Notes: generated by a model not told the origin, from the letters alone. DNA of 30,613 nucleotides from Oligoflexales bacterium (GCA_045105515.1 JBGCDR010000050.1:1-30613), one strand, 5' to 3'; shown: positions 10,179-18,875, numbered from the stretch's first letter. A program made the numbers and translations.

Positions 10179-12635
10179 ATGGATTTAAGCACCATCAAAA
10201 AACGCAAGTTAGTCGCTCCCATGATGATGAGCCTATGGTTGTTGCCAGTAAGCTCTGCGTGGGGATTTGTTCAACCTGAGGCACCAGCTCAAAAAGGCTT
10301 CACTCCACTTTTGGTATTCAAAGAGCAAGTCTTACGGACAAGCACAGAAAATGATCCCTCGAACAAGTTTTCATCAAGTGGAGCAAGCCAGCTTAAACGA
10401 GATCGAATCTCAGGTGAAACCCGCTTATTGTCTGGAAAGATTCCATTTAATATGGGACTAGAACTCTCTGCTGATAGTTTAGAAGCAGCATGCCTTACTT
10501 ACGTAGATGCACACCCTGAGATATTTGGAGTAAGCTCTAAAGATCTAAACTTGCTTAAGAATTCTTTCTATTTTGGCAAAGAAGAACAATTTTTAAAATT
10601 TGGTATCAGCCGCAATGGCTTGATGGTTTTTGATGCGAGCATTGATTTTCGATTTAAAATGGGAAATTTGGTACAAATTGCTAATCACAGTTTCTCCGAA
10701 GCTAAACTTGTCAACACCGAGGCAAGGATAGATCTAGACGAAATTGCCGAAGCGGAAACAGGTGCCGAGTCCATTAACGAAGGCCAGTTTCTTTACCGCG
10801 TAAGAGCACATAAAGATTCTTATGAGCTGGTAAAGGTAAAGGAATATCAAATTCAAACTTTCCTAGGCCAGCGAGTAAGCATCCAGTTAGAAGCGGAGTC
10901 CGGCGAGGTATTCCAACTCAAGAATAAAGAATATCACGTAAGTAAAGCCCAAGCTCAGGTCCATCCACGTTGGCACAATGAAAATTTGGAAGTTAAGCCA
11001 CTACCGTACCTTAAAGTTGACACTGGTGATGGTAGCAAGGTCTCAGATTCTCAAGGCAATTTTGAGTCTACTCAAAACCAAGCTCCGTCTATCAATGGGT
11101 TGCGTGGGACATTTGTAGAAATTAGTCCTAGTTCAGGTGGGAAAATATCTAAAACTGCAGTTGCAGCTGAAGATGGTTGGCTTATAGATCTGGCAAAACC
11201 TGGTGATGACTCTGCGTGGCTTGATAAATTTATCGCTCAAACCATGGTGTACTACCACACAAACCTCATCATTTTAAAGGCTAAAGAATATATCACCAAC
11301 GATTGGTTAAACGAAACATTAACCGCAAATGTAAACCTGACTCGTACTTGTAACGCCCACTGGGACGGAGATACAATCAACCTTTACTCAGGGAACAGTC
11401 AATGTGCAAACACTGGCATCATCGCAGATGTTATCTATCATGAATGGGGACATGGGCTTGACACGAAAACCGGCGGAATTGTAGATGGCGCGTTTTCAGA
11501 AGGCTACGGTGACATAATGTCCCTCCTAATGACAGGCAGCAGTCAGCTAGGAATAGGATTTAGAATACCAAGCAATGGACCAGTTAGGGACTTAGAACCA
11601 AACAAAATCTACCCTGACGATCGAGGGGAAGTACATGCTGAAGGACTTATCATTGGCTCTACTTTTTGGGATCTGTTTTTAGAACTACAAGCTAAACATA
11701 GCCGCGAAGAAGCCCTGGATATTCTTGCTAACTATGCATTTAAGATGATCTTCACCGCAGACCGATACACAGAAGTGTATGATGCAATCCTGGTGATTGA
11801 TGATGACGATGGCAACCTTGAAAACGGCACGCCCCACAAATGCATCCTAAATAAAGTTTTTACTGAGCATGGCCTAGCCAATGAGGAATTAACATGCAAG
11901 TTAGCTGCACCAGAAGAGTTTCAGCTTAATGACACAGATGGAGATGGTTACATCGAACCATCAGAAACTATATCTATAAAAGTCTTAGCTAAAAATTCAT
12001 CTCCTGCAACCTTAGCAGGATTAAACGGAAGCATCAGCCTCAAAGCAGGAAACGACATTGTCATAGAAAGTAGTGACATCAGTTGGGCTGATATTGCTTC
12101 TGGAGAAGCAAAGCTAAGTGACACGTCAGCGAGTATTAAGATCAGCGAAACAGCTCAGTGCGGCAGCAGCTTTAAACTAGGCCTAAAACTCTTTGCAGAT
12201 AGCCGAGAAGTTACAAGCGAGCATACTTTCAGCATTGGAAAAAACTTAGGAGAAGCTCAAAGCTTTTCCGGAACCGACTTACCCGCCCCCATCACAGATT
12301 TTGAGACCACAACTTCAAGTACTAGTGTGAGTAGTGATGACTGGGGTGATGAAACAACCGTTAACAAAGCTCACCTCAAATTCTTTATAACCCATACCTA
12401 CCAAGGAGACATAAGAGTTAAACTTATCGCTCCAGATGGACAAGAGTTTGAAATCTTCAAAGGCAATGGCAATACCGATGATGTGGACTTTGATCAAGAT
12501 ATTACCGACATTATTTCTGGAGTTAAGGGGCTTGGAGATTGGACCTTATCAGTCTATGACAAAGCTCGAAGGGATACTGGAACCTTAGACGAATTTAGCT
12601 TGACATTAACTCCCAATAAATTTGTTTGTGATTAA
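10179..12635 (+). CDS. Secreted zinc metallopeptidase (M4/M36 gluzincin-like) with propeptide and C-terminal proprotein convertase P domain
   Basis: Signal ending SSAWG, CNAHWDG, HEWGH zinc motif, third ligand in FSEGYGD, EVH, and a P-domain (ITHTYQGDIRVKLIAPDG...GDWTLSVYD). ATG 10179 after AAGGA is preferred over TTG 10080. Confidence 0.9.
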   Translation: MDLSTIKKRKLVAPMMMSLWLLPVSSAWGFVQPEAPAQKGFTPLLVFKEQVLRTSTENDPSNKFSSSGASQLKRDRISGETRLLSGKIPFNMGLELSADSLEAACLTYVDAHPEIFGVSSKDLNLLKNSFYFGKEEQFLKFGISRNGLMVFDASIDFRFKMGNLVQIANHSFSEAKLVNTEARIDLDEIAEAETGAESINEGQFLYRVRAHKDSYELVKVKEYQIQTFLGQRVSIQLEAESGEVFQLKNKEYHVSKAQAQVHPRWHNENLEVKPLPYLKVDTGDGSKVSDSQGNFESTQNQAPSINGLRGTFVEISPSSGGKISKTAVAAEDGWLIDLAKPGDDSAWLDKFIAQTMVYYHTNLIILKAKEYITNDWLNETLTANVNLTRTCNAHWDGDTINLYSGNSQCANTGIIADVIYHEWGHGLDTKTGGIVDGAFSEGYGDIMSLLMTGSSQLGIGFRIPSNGPVRDLEPNKIYPDDRGEVHAEGLIIGSTFWDLFLELQAKHSREEALDILANYAFKMIFTADRYTEVYDAILVIDDDDGNLENGTPHKCILNKVFTEHGLANEELTCKLAAPEEFQLNDTDGDGYIEPSETISIKVLAKNSSPATLAGLNGSISLKAGNDIVIESSDISWADIASGEAKLSDTSASIKISETAQCGSSFKLGLKLFADSREVTSEHTFSIGKNLGEAQSFSGTDLPAPITDFETTTSSTSVSSDDWGDETTVNKAHLKFFITHTYQGDIRVKLIAPDGQEFEIFKGNGNTDDVDFDQDITDIISGVKGLGDWTLSVYDKARRDTGTLDEFSLTLTPNKFVCD

Positions 12636-12642
12636 TGATTCG

Positions 12643-12664
12643 TGACTGCTGCACGCAGCAGTCA
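12643..12664 (+). terminator. Hairpin directly after the peptidase stop codon
   Basis: TGACTGCTG-CACG-CAGCAGTCA is a perfect 9-bp stem. The U-tract is weak, so it may instead be a stabilising hairpin. Confidence 0.5.
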
Positions 12665-12805
12665 GTTCCCTCTTGCCATAGCCGCCCATCGGCCTCGTAT
12701 TCTAAAGAAACTTGCCTAGTCCAAAAATAATCCCTATCATCAAGACCAATCATTAAATATTCAGAAGTAAATTCTATGTAATTCAAAATTTAAAGGAGAA
12801 ACGCA

Positions 12806-13336
12806 ATGTTAAAATTCATGATCCCAATATTTTTCTTAGGCTTTTTTCAGCAACTCCAAGCACATCCTACTACAATGGGTTCTATTTCAGGAGAGCACAT
12901 AAGCTTACAAACTATTGGACACTCTTTTGCTGGCTCCATAAAAGATCGTATTATTTTAGGCCGAAAACTCCCTGGGCAATTTATTTCTGAAATTAAAATC
13001 GTTGACCATGACCACGAGTCAGTTTCCTACTTTAAAAGTAATAATAACAATGTCTTTGGTGGAGAAATAAATATCCGCACTGCTGACACTTCTAAAACCA
13101 TGCAAATAGAATTTGTCGAACTAGTGAAAGAAGAAAATCGCTATACTCTTAAATTTGATGGCAAACTTACCAATGTTATTGTCACTGCAGATGACTTCTC
13201 AGACGGACATTTTATTAATCCTGAGTACACGATGGAATACAAAGGAGAAGTTCACCAATTTAAGCTAAATGGTCAAGCATGCTATGGCTACTCTCTACAT
13301 CTGATTGCTATGATTATGGGAGCATTAATCATCTAA
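12806..13336 (+). CDS. Secreted hypothetical protein, beta-rich with a hydrophobic C-terminal helix
   Basis: AAGGAG SD, signal peptide ending LQA, 176-aa ORF. Confidence 0.8.
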   Translation: MLKFMIPIFFLGFFQQLQAHPTTMGSISGEHISLQTIGHSFAGSIKDRIILGRKLPGQFISEIKIVDHDHESVSYFKSNNNNVFGGEINIRTADTSKTMQIEFVELVKEENRYTLKFDGKLTNVIVTADDFSDGHFINPEYTMEYKGEVHQFKLNGQACYGYSLHLIAMIMGALII

Positions 13337-14211
13337 CTCTCAGGATTATAACTATCATAAAAAAACAGAAATTGGATACGATCTTCCTCAACAATACGAG
13401 GGGCTCGGTGAATAACGCCGGAGCTTGGAAAACCTGCACCAGCTAGCAAGTAGTCTACCCCTTTTCTGATAGGCTGAGCGGTTATCTCTTCCTCATACCA
13501 TGTGTTCATATGGTAAGCGTTACACTGCCGGCTTGCTACAAATTTACCTGAATAAATAGTCTCTCTAAGCAAAAAATTTGGATAAAACTTGGTGTGATCT
13601 TGATCACACCCTAGCATTGTCAGCATTCCAGCATCAGACCTTATGTTATCAAGATGCCACTTTGTTGCGTCAAGTTGAGTACGGTCACGGGTATTAGACT
13701 TTGCTCTAGCAAATCTAATTGCACCAAGCAAATTGGTCTCACCGCTTTCAAACCTACGTCCTAATCTCTTAGTATCCTTATAAATTTGGGCTGTTTCAAT
13801 AAAGTTCCTAACTAATGATTCTTCAATCTTTTTTCTATTTTTCGAGCGAATATATTTTTTTTCTTTATTAATTTTATGCATCATATTTTTAAAAGTTAGA
13901 TCGTAGTTTTCCTCTAAAAGATCTTCACTAGATAGAACAAAGTGTATCTGACCAGAATCTATTAAAGACGATCGATAACCTTTCCACAAACCTTCAAAGG
14001 CTCCTTTTTGTTCATAGCGAACTTCTGTACGAATCCTTTGCCTCAATGGATGCCCTATATCTACAACATGAGAAATATAAAAACTTCTTGCAGCAACTGC
14101 AGCAAATGTGGCTCCTTTTATCAATCCAATGACACTAACCATATACATATTCCTATTTCTATTCTTTATCTTCATTTTTATAATTAAAAAAAAATGAATC
14201 ATACTTACCAA
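13333..14211 (-). CDS. Hypothetical protein with a C-terminal DUF1826-like / Fe(II)-2OG oxygenase-like motif set (start uncertain)
   Basis: WHLD (HxD) ... GVDYLLAG...GVIHRAP...DRIQFLFFYD resembles the DUF1826 pattern FHVD...GDVALLKG...GLVHRSP...RLLLTLD. Confidence 0.55.
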   Translation of the reverse strand: MVSMIHFFLIIKMKIKNRNRNMYMVSVIGLIKGATFAAVAARSFYISHVVDIGHPLRQRIRTEVRYEQKGAFEGLWKGYRSSLIDSGQIHFVLSSEDLLEENYDLTFKNMMHKINKEKKYIRSKNRKKIEESLVRNFIETAQIYKDTKRLGRRFESGETNLLGAIRFARAKSNTRDRTQLDATKWHLDNIRSDAGMLTMLGCDQDHTKFYPNFLLRETIYSGKFVASRQCNAYHMNTWYEEEITAQPIRKGVDYLLAGAGFPSSGVIHRAPRIVEEDRIQFLFFYDSYNPES

Positions 14212-14388
14212 TTCCCAAGGAACTTAAGCATAATGACCGCAAATCTCAATAGTTTTATATATAGATAGTTTTATAGTCCAATATATAAAGATGTGTATTT
14301 AGCAGATCCCACTTTAGGTGTTTAAGGAACAAGCAATCAAATCAGTAAGCTAGCCACTTATAATCTTTAGGAATATATCTTGAAGTAT

Positions 14389-14415
14389 TAAAATATCTCT
14401 GTATAGATCCGAAGT
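14389..14415 (+). promoter_or_regulatory. Candidate sigma28-type promoter of the SRAP-family gene
   Basis: TAAA-N15-TCCGAAGT, ending 7 nt before ATG 14423. Confidence 0.3.
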
Positions 14416-14422
14416 ATAAATC

Positions 14423-15361
14423 ATGAGGTACTTAAAGTTAAATCACAATATCAGAGAAAATTTAGATCGATTCAATGTAAAAATTGACCACGATAGTTTT
14501 GTCAATTTTTTTTCTAAAAGGTATGAGTTCCCCGAGCTAAAGTTACCTATGATGGTAGAGGAACTACTTAGTGCAGACCCTAAGTGTTCAAAGCTGATAG
14601 ACGCTTTTCACGAAAAACAAAAAGCTTCTGAACTTGACGAACTGGCAAAGAACAATAAAAAATTCGATGAACTTTTGGAAAAGCTAAAAAAGAAACCAAG
14701 CAAGACTACAAAAATTACCAAAGAACGAACCGAACGGAAAATTTCCAAGCTTGAGTTGAAGATTAAAAAGCATGATAGTAAAAAAATGTATGATTATGAT
14801 TATCGAGTTTATCCACTTTTCTATACCCCTATAGTAGTTATGGGGCCGGATAAAAATCCAATTCTAAAACCCATGCGCTTTCAATGCCTACCACGAACAA
14901 AAGACGAAGAATATGATAAAGAGCATGGTTTATATAAAGCTAAAAAAGAAAGCTTAACTGAAAAATACTTTGAAAGAATTAGGAAAAACAGTAGTACTAA
15001 AAGTGTATGGGAGCCACTTTTCGGACATAGTCATGGTATTATCATTCTTAGCGGATTTTACGAATATAATAAATCTGGAAAAAATATCGGGTTTGGTACA
15101 AGTAAGTCCGAATTTTTACTGGTTCCTTGTTTATACGATCTCTGGAAGTCAGCAGACGGCAAAAAGCAATTAGAGTCTTTTGCAGTAATAACTGATAAGG
15201 CGTCTAACCTCATTAAAGAGTCAGGATATCATCGTTGTCCAGTCAATATCAAGGCATGTCATTTTGAAGCATGGCTTAATCCTGATGGAATTTCTAATAA
15301 GGACCTTCATTCTATTTTAGAAGACAATATGCAAGAACCCTTTGTCGAGTTAGCTTCTTAA
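14423..15361 (+). CDS. SOS response-associated peptidase (SRAP/YedK/HMCES) family protein, long form, lacking Cys2
   Basis: RVYPLFYTPIV, PMRFQC, WEPLFGHSHGIIILSGFYE, LVPCLYDLW, LESFAVITD, HRCPVNI and WLNP match the long SRAP subfamily with a coiled-coil insert. The N-terminus is MRY instead of MCY. Confidence 0.88.
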   Translation: MRYLKLNHNIRENLDRFNVKIDHDSFVNFFSKRYEFPELKLPMMVEELLSADPKCSKLIDAFHEKQKASELDELAKNNKKFDELLEKLKKKPSKTTKITKERTERKISKLELKIKKHDSKKMYDYDYRVYPLFYTPIVVMGPDKNPILKPMRFQCLPRTKDEEYDKEHGLYKAKKESLTEKYFERIRKNSSTKSVWEPLFGHSHGIIILSGFYEYNKSGKNIGFGTSKSEFLLVPCLYDLWKSADGKKQLESFAVITDKASNLIKESGYHRCPVNIKACHFEAWLNPDGISNKDLHSILEDNMQEPFVELAS

Positions 15362-15652
15362 AATAATCGATAAAAGTAGATAATTCCTATAATTTTTTTG
15401 GGTGCCTGTAAACTGTAGTAGTGGTCCGATTATATTCAGGTTTACGAAAAAATAAATAAAAATTTTCCTATTATTTCATTAGGTTTAGAACTATTGTTCC
15501 ACTGTATGACCTTATGTGCAAGTCCATATGGCTTGTAAATTTTCTTTATCAATATTTATAGGATTTTTTTAAAGGGTATTGATAAGTCATGCTTTGAATA
15601 TTAAATGAAATGAATAACTATAGGTCTATACACATAGCCTAAACTAGAGCAA

Positions 15653-16414
15653 CTAACAGAAACGTTCAAAATCGTTGCAGACACTTTTTAAACGTGACTG
15701 ACAGTCGGGTTCAACCCAACTTAGTGGGGGAGAACTTTTATAGCGTGCTAATCGCTGATTAAATGACTGTTTAGTATTAAATGCAGAACTGGAAGCCGAG
15801 TTAGAAGCAAACCCTTCCCCTTCTTGAAGCACATCTACCCACATTGGAATCATAGCGCCTTCACACCAATTAACAATAGTTGAAAAGTCAAATGCTACAT
15901 GAGGAAACCTTAAGGGATCATTCTGCTCAACAAGCATTAATATCTGATTGTCGGGAACTCTGGGTAGAATCTGCTCAGAACCTGCTTTTCCAAGAGTCAC
16001 TACATGTACTTCAATGCCAAAACGCCAAATAGCTGCAATAGCCATGATCCAAATAGAAGGGCTAGGCTTGTGCTTACCGGCATTTGAGTTGAAAGCAAAA
16101 CCTTTGTTCAAATTGCCTTCTGTTTTAATTAAACTGGCTACAAAGCTACTCACATAAATAGAGTTTCTTTCTTCGTAGAAGGGGAATTTATGTTCCCAAG
16201 TATTTTCAAACTGTTGCAACAGAGTATTGACCCGGCTAAGTCTTTTCGATACGTCACAGACACTAATCCCAGAGCTACTAGAAAGAGACTTCAAATCCTT
16301 TTGGTAGCAGCACGAAAAGGCTTTAGATAAAAGTTCCGCTTTACCATCTTTGAGTATTATACCCATCAAATTATCACTGAAATTTCGATTCAATTCCTTT
16401 ATAAAGCAGCGCAC
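15653..16414 (-). CDS. Hypothetical protein, possible degenerate DnaC/IstB-like AAA+ paralog
   Basis: Starts 6 bp after the ATPase stop. Collinear motif remnants SNAGKHKP, LMLVEQ and QSRLKSVC. The ORF is well supported; the homology is by eye only. Confidence 0.6.
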   Translation of the reverse strand: MRCFIKELNRNFSDNLMGIILKDGKAELLSKAFSCCYQKDLKSLSSSSGISVCDVSKRLSRVNTLLQQFENTWEHKFPFYEERNSIYVSSFVASLIKTEGNLNKGFAFNSNAGKHKPSPSIWIMAIAAIWRFGIEVHVVTLGKAGSEQILPRVPDNQILMLVEQNDPLRFPHVAFDFSTIVNWCEGAMIPMWVDVLQEGEGFASNSASSSAFNTKQSFNQRLARYKSSPPLSWVEPDCQSRLKSVCNDFERFC

Positions 16415-16420
16415 TAAGCT

Positions 16421-17341
16421 TCAACCTTTCCGGTCCCGGTATCGATAGTCATCTCCCTCCATTTTCCAAAAATAACAGGTCTCAGATAAACGAGAAAAAA
16501 TCCGTTCACCAACAGCAGCCTTAAGAGTCGGAAAGTTATGAAAATCACTGGGATCTATGTTAGTGACGACATTTTCTAACGAACAGTTGGTTGATGCGAT
16601 GATAATTTTCTGTTGATTGTACCGACCCATCACCAACTGGTCTATAATTGTTTGTTCGAAATTAGTTCTACGGCCCTTTCCAAGCTCATCAATCAAAAGT
16701 ACATCCACCTTAAGAAGCGGGTTTAAAATACTTTCGTCTACATCTTGCTTTAGACTGTACTTCGCCTTAATCTCGGTGATTAATTGAAAGAAATCAACAA
16801 ACTTAACTGAAAGACCTTTAAAAATCAGGTGTTTTGCGATGGATGTTAGTAGGTAGGTTTTGCCGACTCCCACTCCACCTTCTACTATAATGCCTTTTTG
16901 CTGATTGAGGCTTTGGTTCTTGCCAATAAACTGTAACCAGCACTTTACTTTGTCTAAAATTTCTTTGACGTTGCCAGTAAAGTTTTTAAAATTTTCCAAT
17001 CTGGCGAGAGCATAGCGACTTGGTATGTTTGCTTGGTTAAAAAGGTTAACCATAATGGTAGGGCTTGGGCTATGACAAGGTCTCGCAGTACCTGAGCTTA
17101 CGTCCATTGCAGCCCCTTGACATTGTCTGCAAGTACGTACGCATTCACAAAGCTCTGAGTTAGCAAAAAAACCTTTGGGACTAAATACGATGCCGTACCC
17201 TCGACAATGCTCACATTTACCAGCAGCAAGAGCGCATGCATTTTGTGACAGAATGTCGCTTTTGGACTTTAGCGGTGATTCATCTTTATTAAGAGTATCC
17301 AGTCGCTCCAGCAATGATTGTTTTTCATGAGTTGGCTCCAT
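16421..17341 (-). CDS. DnaC/DnaI/IstB-like AAA+ ATPase with N-terminal Cys-rich Zn-binding region
   Basis: CEHC...CECVRTCRQC...C, IPSRY, Walker A GGVGVGKT, Walker B VLLIDELG, ASTN, GERIFSRL, GDDYR. Start placed at ATG 17341 (GGGGG SD) because the track start at 17398 lies within the rpsD terminator. Confidence 0.9.
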   Translation of the reverse strand: MEPTHEKQSLLERLDTLNKDESPLKSKSDILSQNACALAAGKCEHCRGYGIVFSPKGFFANSELCECVRTCRQCQGAAMDVSSGTARPCHSPSPTIMVNLFNQANIPSRYALARLENFKNFTGNVKEILDKVKCWLQFIGKNQSLNQQKGIIVEGGVGVGKTYLLTSIAKHLIFKGLSVKFVDFFQLITEIKAKYSLKQDVDESILNPLLKVDVLLIDELGKGRRTNFEQTIIDQLVMGRYNQQKIIIASTNCSLENVVTNIDPSDFHNFPTLKAAVGERIFSRLSETCYFWKMEGDDYRYRDRKG

Positions 17342-17390
17342 GCCAATGAACCCCCGAGCAGATAAGGCAAATTTGCGCAAAAAAAGCTGC

Positions 17391-17431
17391 AAAAACAAAG
17401 CCCAATCCTCCGGAATGAAGAATTGGGCTTT
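17391..17431 (-). terminator. Rho-independent terminator of rpsD
   Basis: Inverted repeat AAAGCCCAAT...ATTGGGCTTT followed by GTTTTT on the minus strand, about 30 nt after the rpsD stop. Confidence 0.75.
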
Positions 17432-17463
17432 GATTTTAACTGAAGAAATAAACTTAGGTAAGC

Positions 17464-18081
17464 TTATTTAACACTTTTGGCGTAGAATTCCACAATCAAA
17501 GATACTTCAATAGGGAATGGGAAAGAATCCCTGTCCGGAGAAGTGATCATCTTTGCTGCAGTCTTATCACTGTCAAAAGATAACCAAGCAGGCCTTGCAA
17601 GTGAGGGCTGCTCTAAGCTTGACATGATGGTAGGGATTTTAGCACCTTTTTCAGTTAAGGTGATTTCTTCCCCAGGAGTTACCCTGTATGAAGGGATGTT
17701 AACCCTTTTACCATTTACGTGTATATGATTATGGCGGATAAATTGTCGTGCTGCTGGAATAGTTGGTGCAATTCCAGCACGGAAGACAACACTATCAAGG
17801 CGGCTTTCCAGGAGTTCTAGCAGCTTGTAACCAGAGTGCTCGCGTGCACGGAAGGCTTCCCTAACTAATTTTCTTAAAACTTTTTCTGTGATCCCATAGT
17901 TAAAACGCAGCTTTTGCTTTTCTGCGAGGTGTAAACCATAGTCACTTTTCTTTCTGCGGAACTGGCCTTCCTTCATTCCTGGAGGATTAGGCTTGCGTTC
18001 GATACTCTTACGAGACAGTCCAGGTAGTTGGAGGCCTACGGAACGCATTAACTTTAATCTTGGGCCTGTGTAGCGTGCCAT
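17464..18081 (-). CDS. rpsD: 30S ribosomal protein S4 (stand-alone, cysteine-free type)
   Basis: MARYTGP, SDYGLHLAEKQKLRFNYG, LESRLDSVVFRAG, ARQFIRHNHIHVNG, LIVEFY. Confidence 0.98.
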   Translation of the reverse strand: MARYTGPRLKLMRSVGLQLPGLSRKSIERKPNPPGMKEGQFRRKKSDYGLHLAEKQKLRFNYGITEKVLRKLVREAFRAREHSGYKLLELLESRLDSVVFRAGIAPTIPAARQFIRHNHIHVNGKRVNIPSYRVTPGEEITLTEKGAKIPTIMSSLEQPSLARPAWLSFDSDKTAAKMITSPDRDSFPFPIEVSLIVEFYAKSVK

Positions 18082-18192
18082 GAAATCGTATTCCTTTTGT
18101 TTTCTACTTAAATAACTGTGTGTTAGCTAAGTACTGATAAGAATTGCCTGTACATTCGGCAGATAAAACAGTTCACTAACATAACCCAAGTT

Positions 18193-18213
18193 AATATGGA
18201 TTGCATCCATATT
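18193..18213. promoter_or_regulatory. Perfect 9-3-9 palindrome overlapping the probable rpsD -35 (candidate operator)
   Basis: AATATGGAT-TGC-ATCCATATT. The minus strand reads ATGCAA-N17-TATGTT toward rpsD. Confidence 0.45.
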
Positions 18214-18365
18214 TATGATTTTCCCTATCTTTTGTCATAAGATGCTGAATTAAATACTTATTTATCAATGCTAGAATCTCTCTAAATCGGCAAGAAACCC
18301 GTGTTACAATAGAGGAAGCTGACTTTTACGGAAGATAGATCGTACCTAACTCTTTGGGGGCCACC

Positions 18366-18755
18366 GTGAGCGTATCTGAGGATAAAAACCATCAGAATAT
18401 CTCTGTACTCATTGTCGACAATGAACCTGATTTAAGAGATATATACTCTTACAAGCTGGAAATCGAGGGGTACAAGGTCTCAACGGCGGATGGTGGTCAC
18501 GAAGCTATCGATATGCTCAAAAACAAGGAGCACAATATAGACTTGATCATAACCGATTTAATGATGCCCAATGGAAACGGAATTGAACTTGCGGCATTTT
18601 GCATCAGTCATAAAGTCCCAATATTAATCGCTTCAGCTTACATTGACTCTTTTAAAGGAAAAATACCTAAAGGTGCCTTGATCCTGCGTAAACCATTTAA
18701 CCTCGACGAATTAAATATTTGCATCCAAAAAGCCATCAAAAGTTCGGACGAATGA
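18366..18755 (+). CDS. Single-domain response regulator (receiver only)
   Basis: VLIVDNE, LIITDLMMPNGNG, ASA, RKPF. GTG 18366 after GGGGG is preferred over TTG 18354. Confidence 0.9.
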   Translation: MSVSEDKNHQNISVLIVDNEPDLRDIYSYKLEIEGYKVSTADGGHEAIDMLKNKEHNIDLIITDLMMPNGNGIELAAFCISHKVPILIASAYIDSFKGKIPKGALILRKPFNLDELNICIQKAIKSSDE

Positions 18756-18875
18756 GAACATAAGTACCTCTGATCCACTGCTTAGTTAGCTTAAGGCTGA
18801 AAATAGTAGCATAAAACACCTTGAGACGCGCTGAGGACAGGAGAAGAACTTCAAGTAGAATTGTCTTTAAACTTA

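Noticed and set aside
12595..12786. 63-aa minus-strand ORF between the peptidase and the secreted protein
   Set aside because: Overlaps the peptidase 3' end and its hairpin, with no SD or motif.
14249..14275. Direct repeat ATAGTTTTATA twice between divergent genes
   Set aside because: Very AT-rich context and only two copies.
15400..15446. GGGTGCCTGTAAAC...GGTTTAC, reminiscent of an IS end
   Set aside because: No matching terminal repeat, target duplication or transposase.
16421..17341. IS21 element suggested by the IstB-like ATPase
   Set aside because: No IstA DDE transposase or terminal repeats, and the Zn-binding N-terminus fits DnaC/DnaI better.
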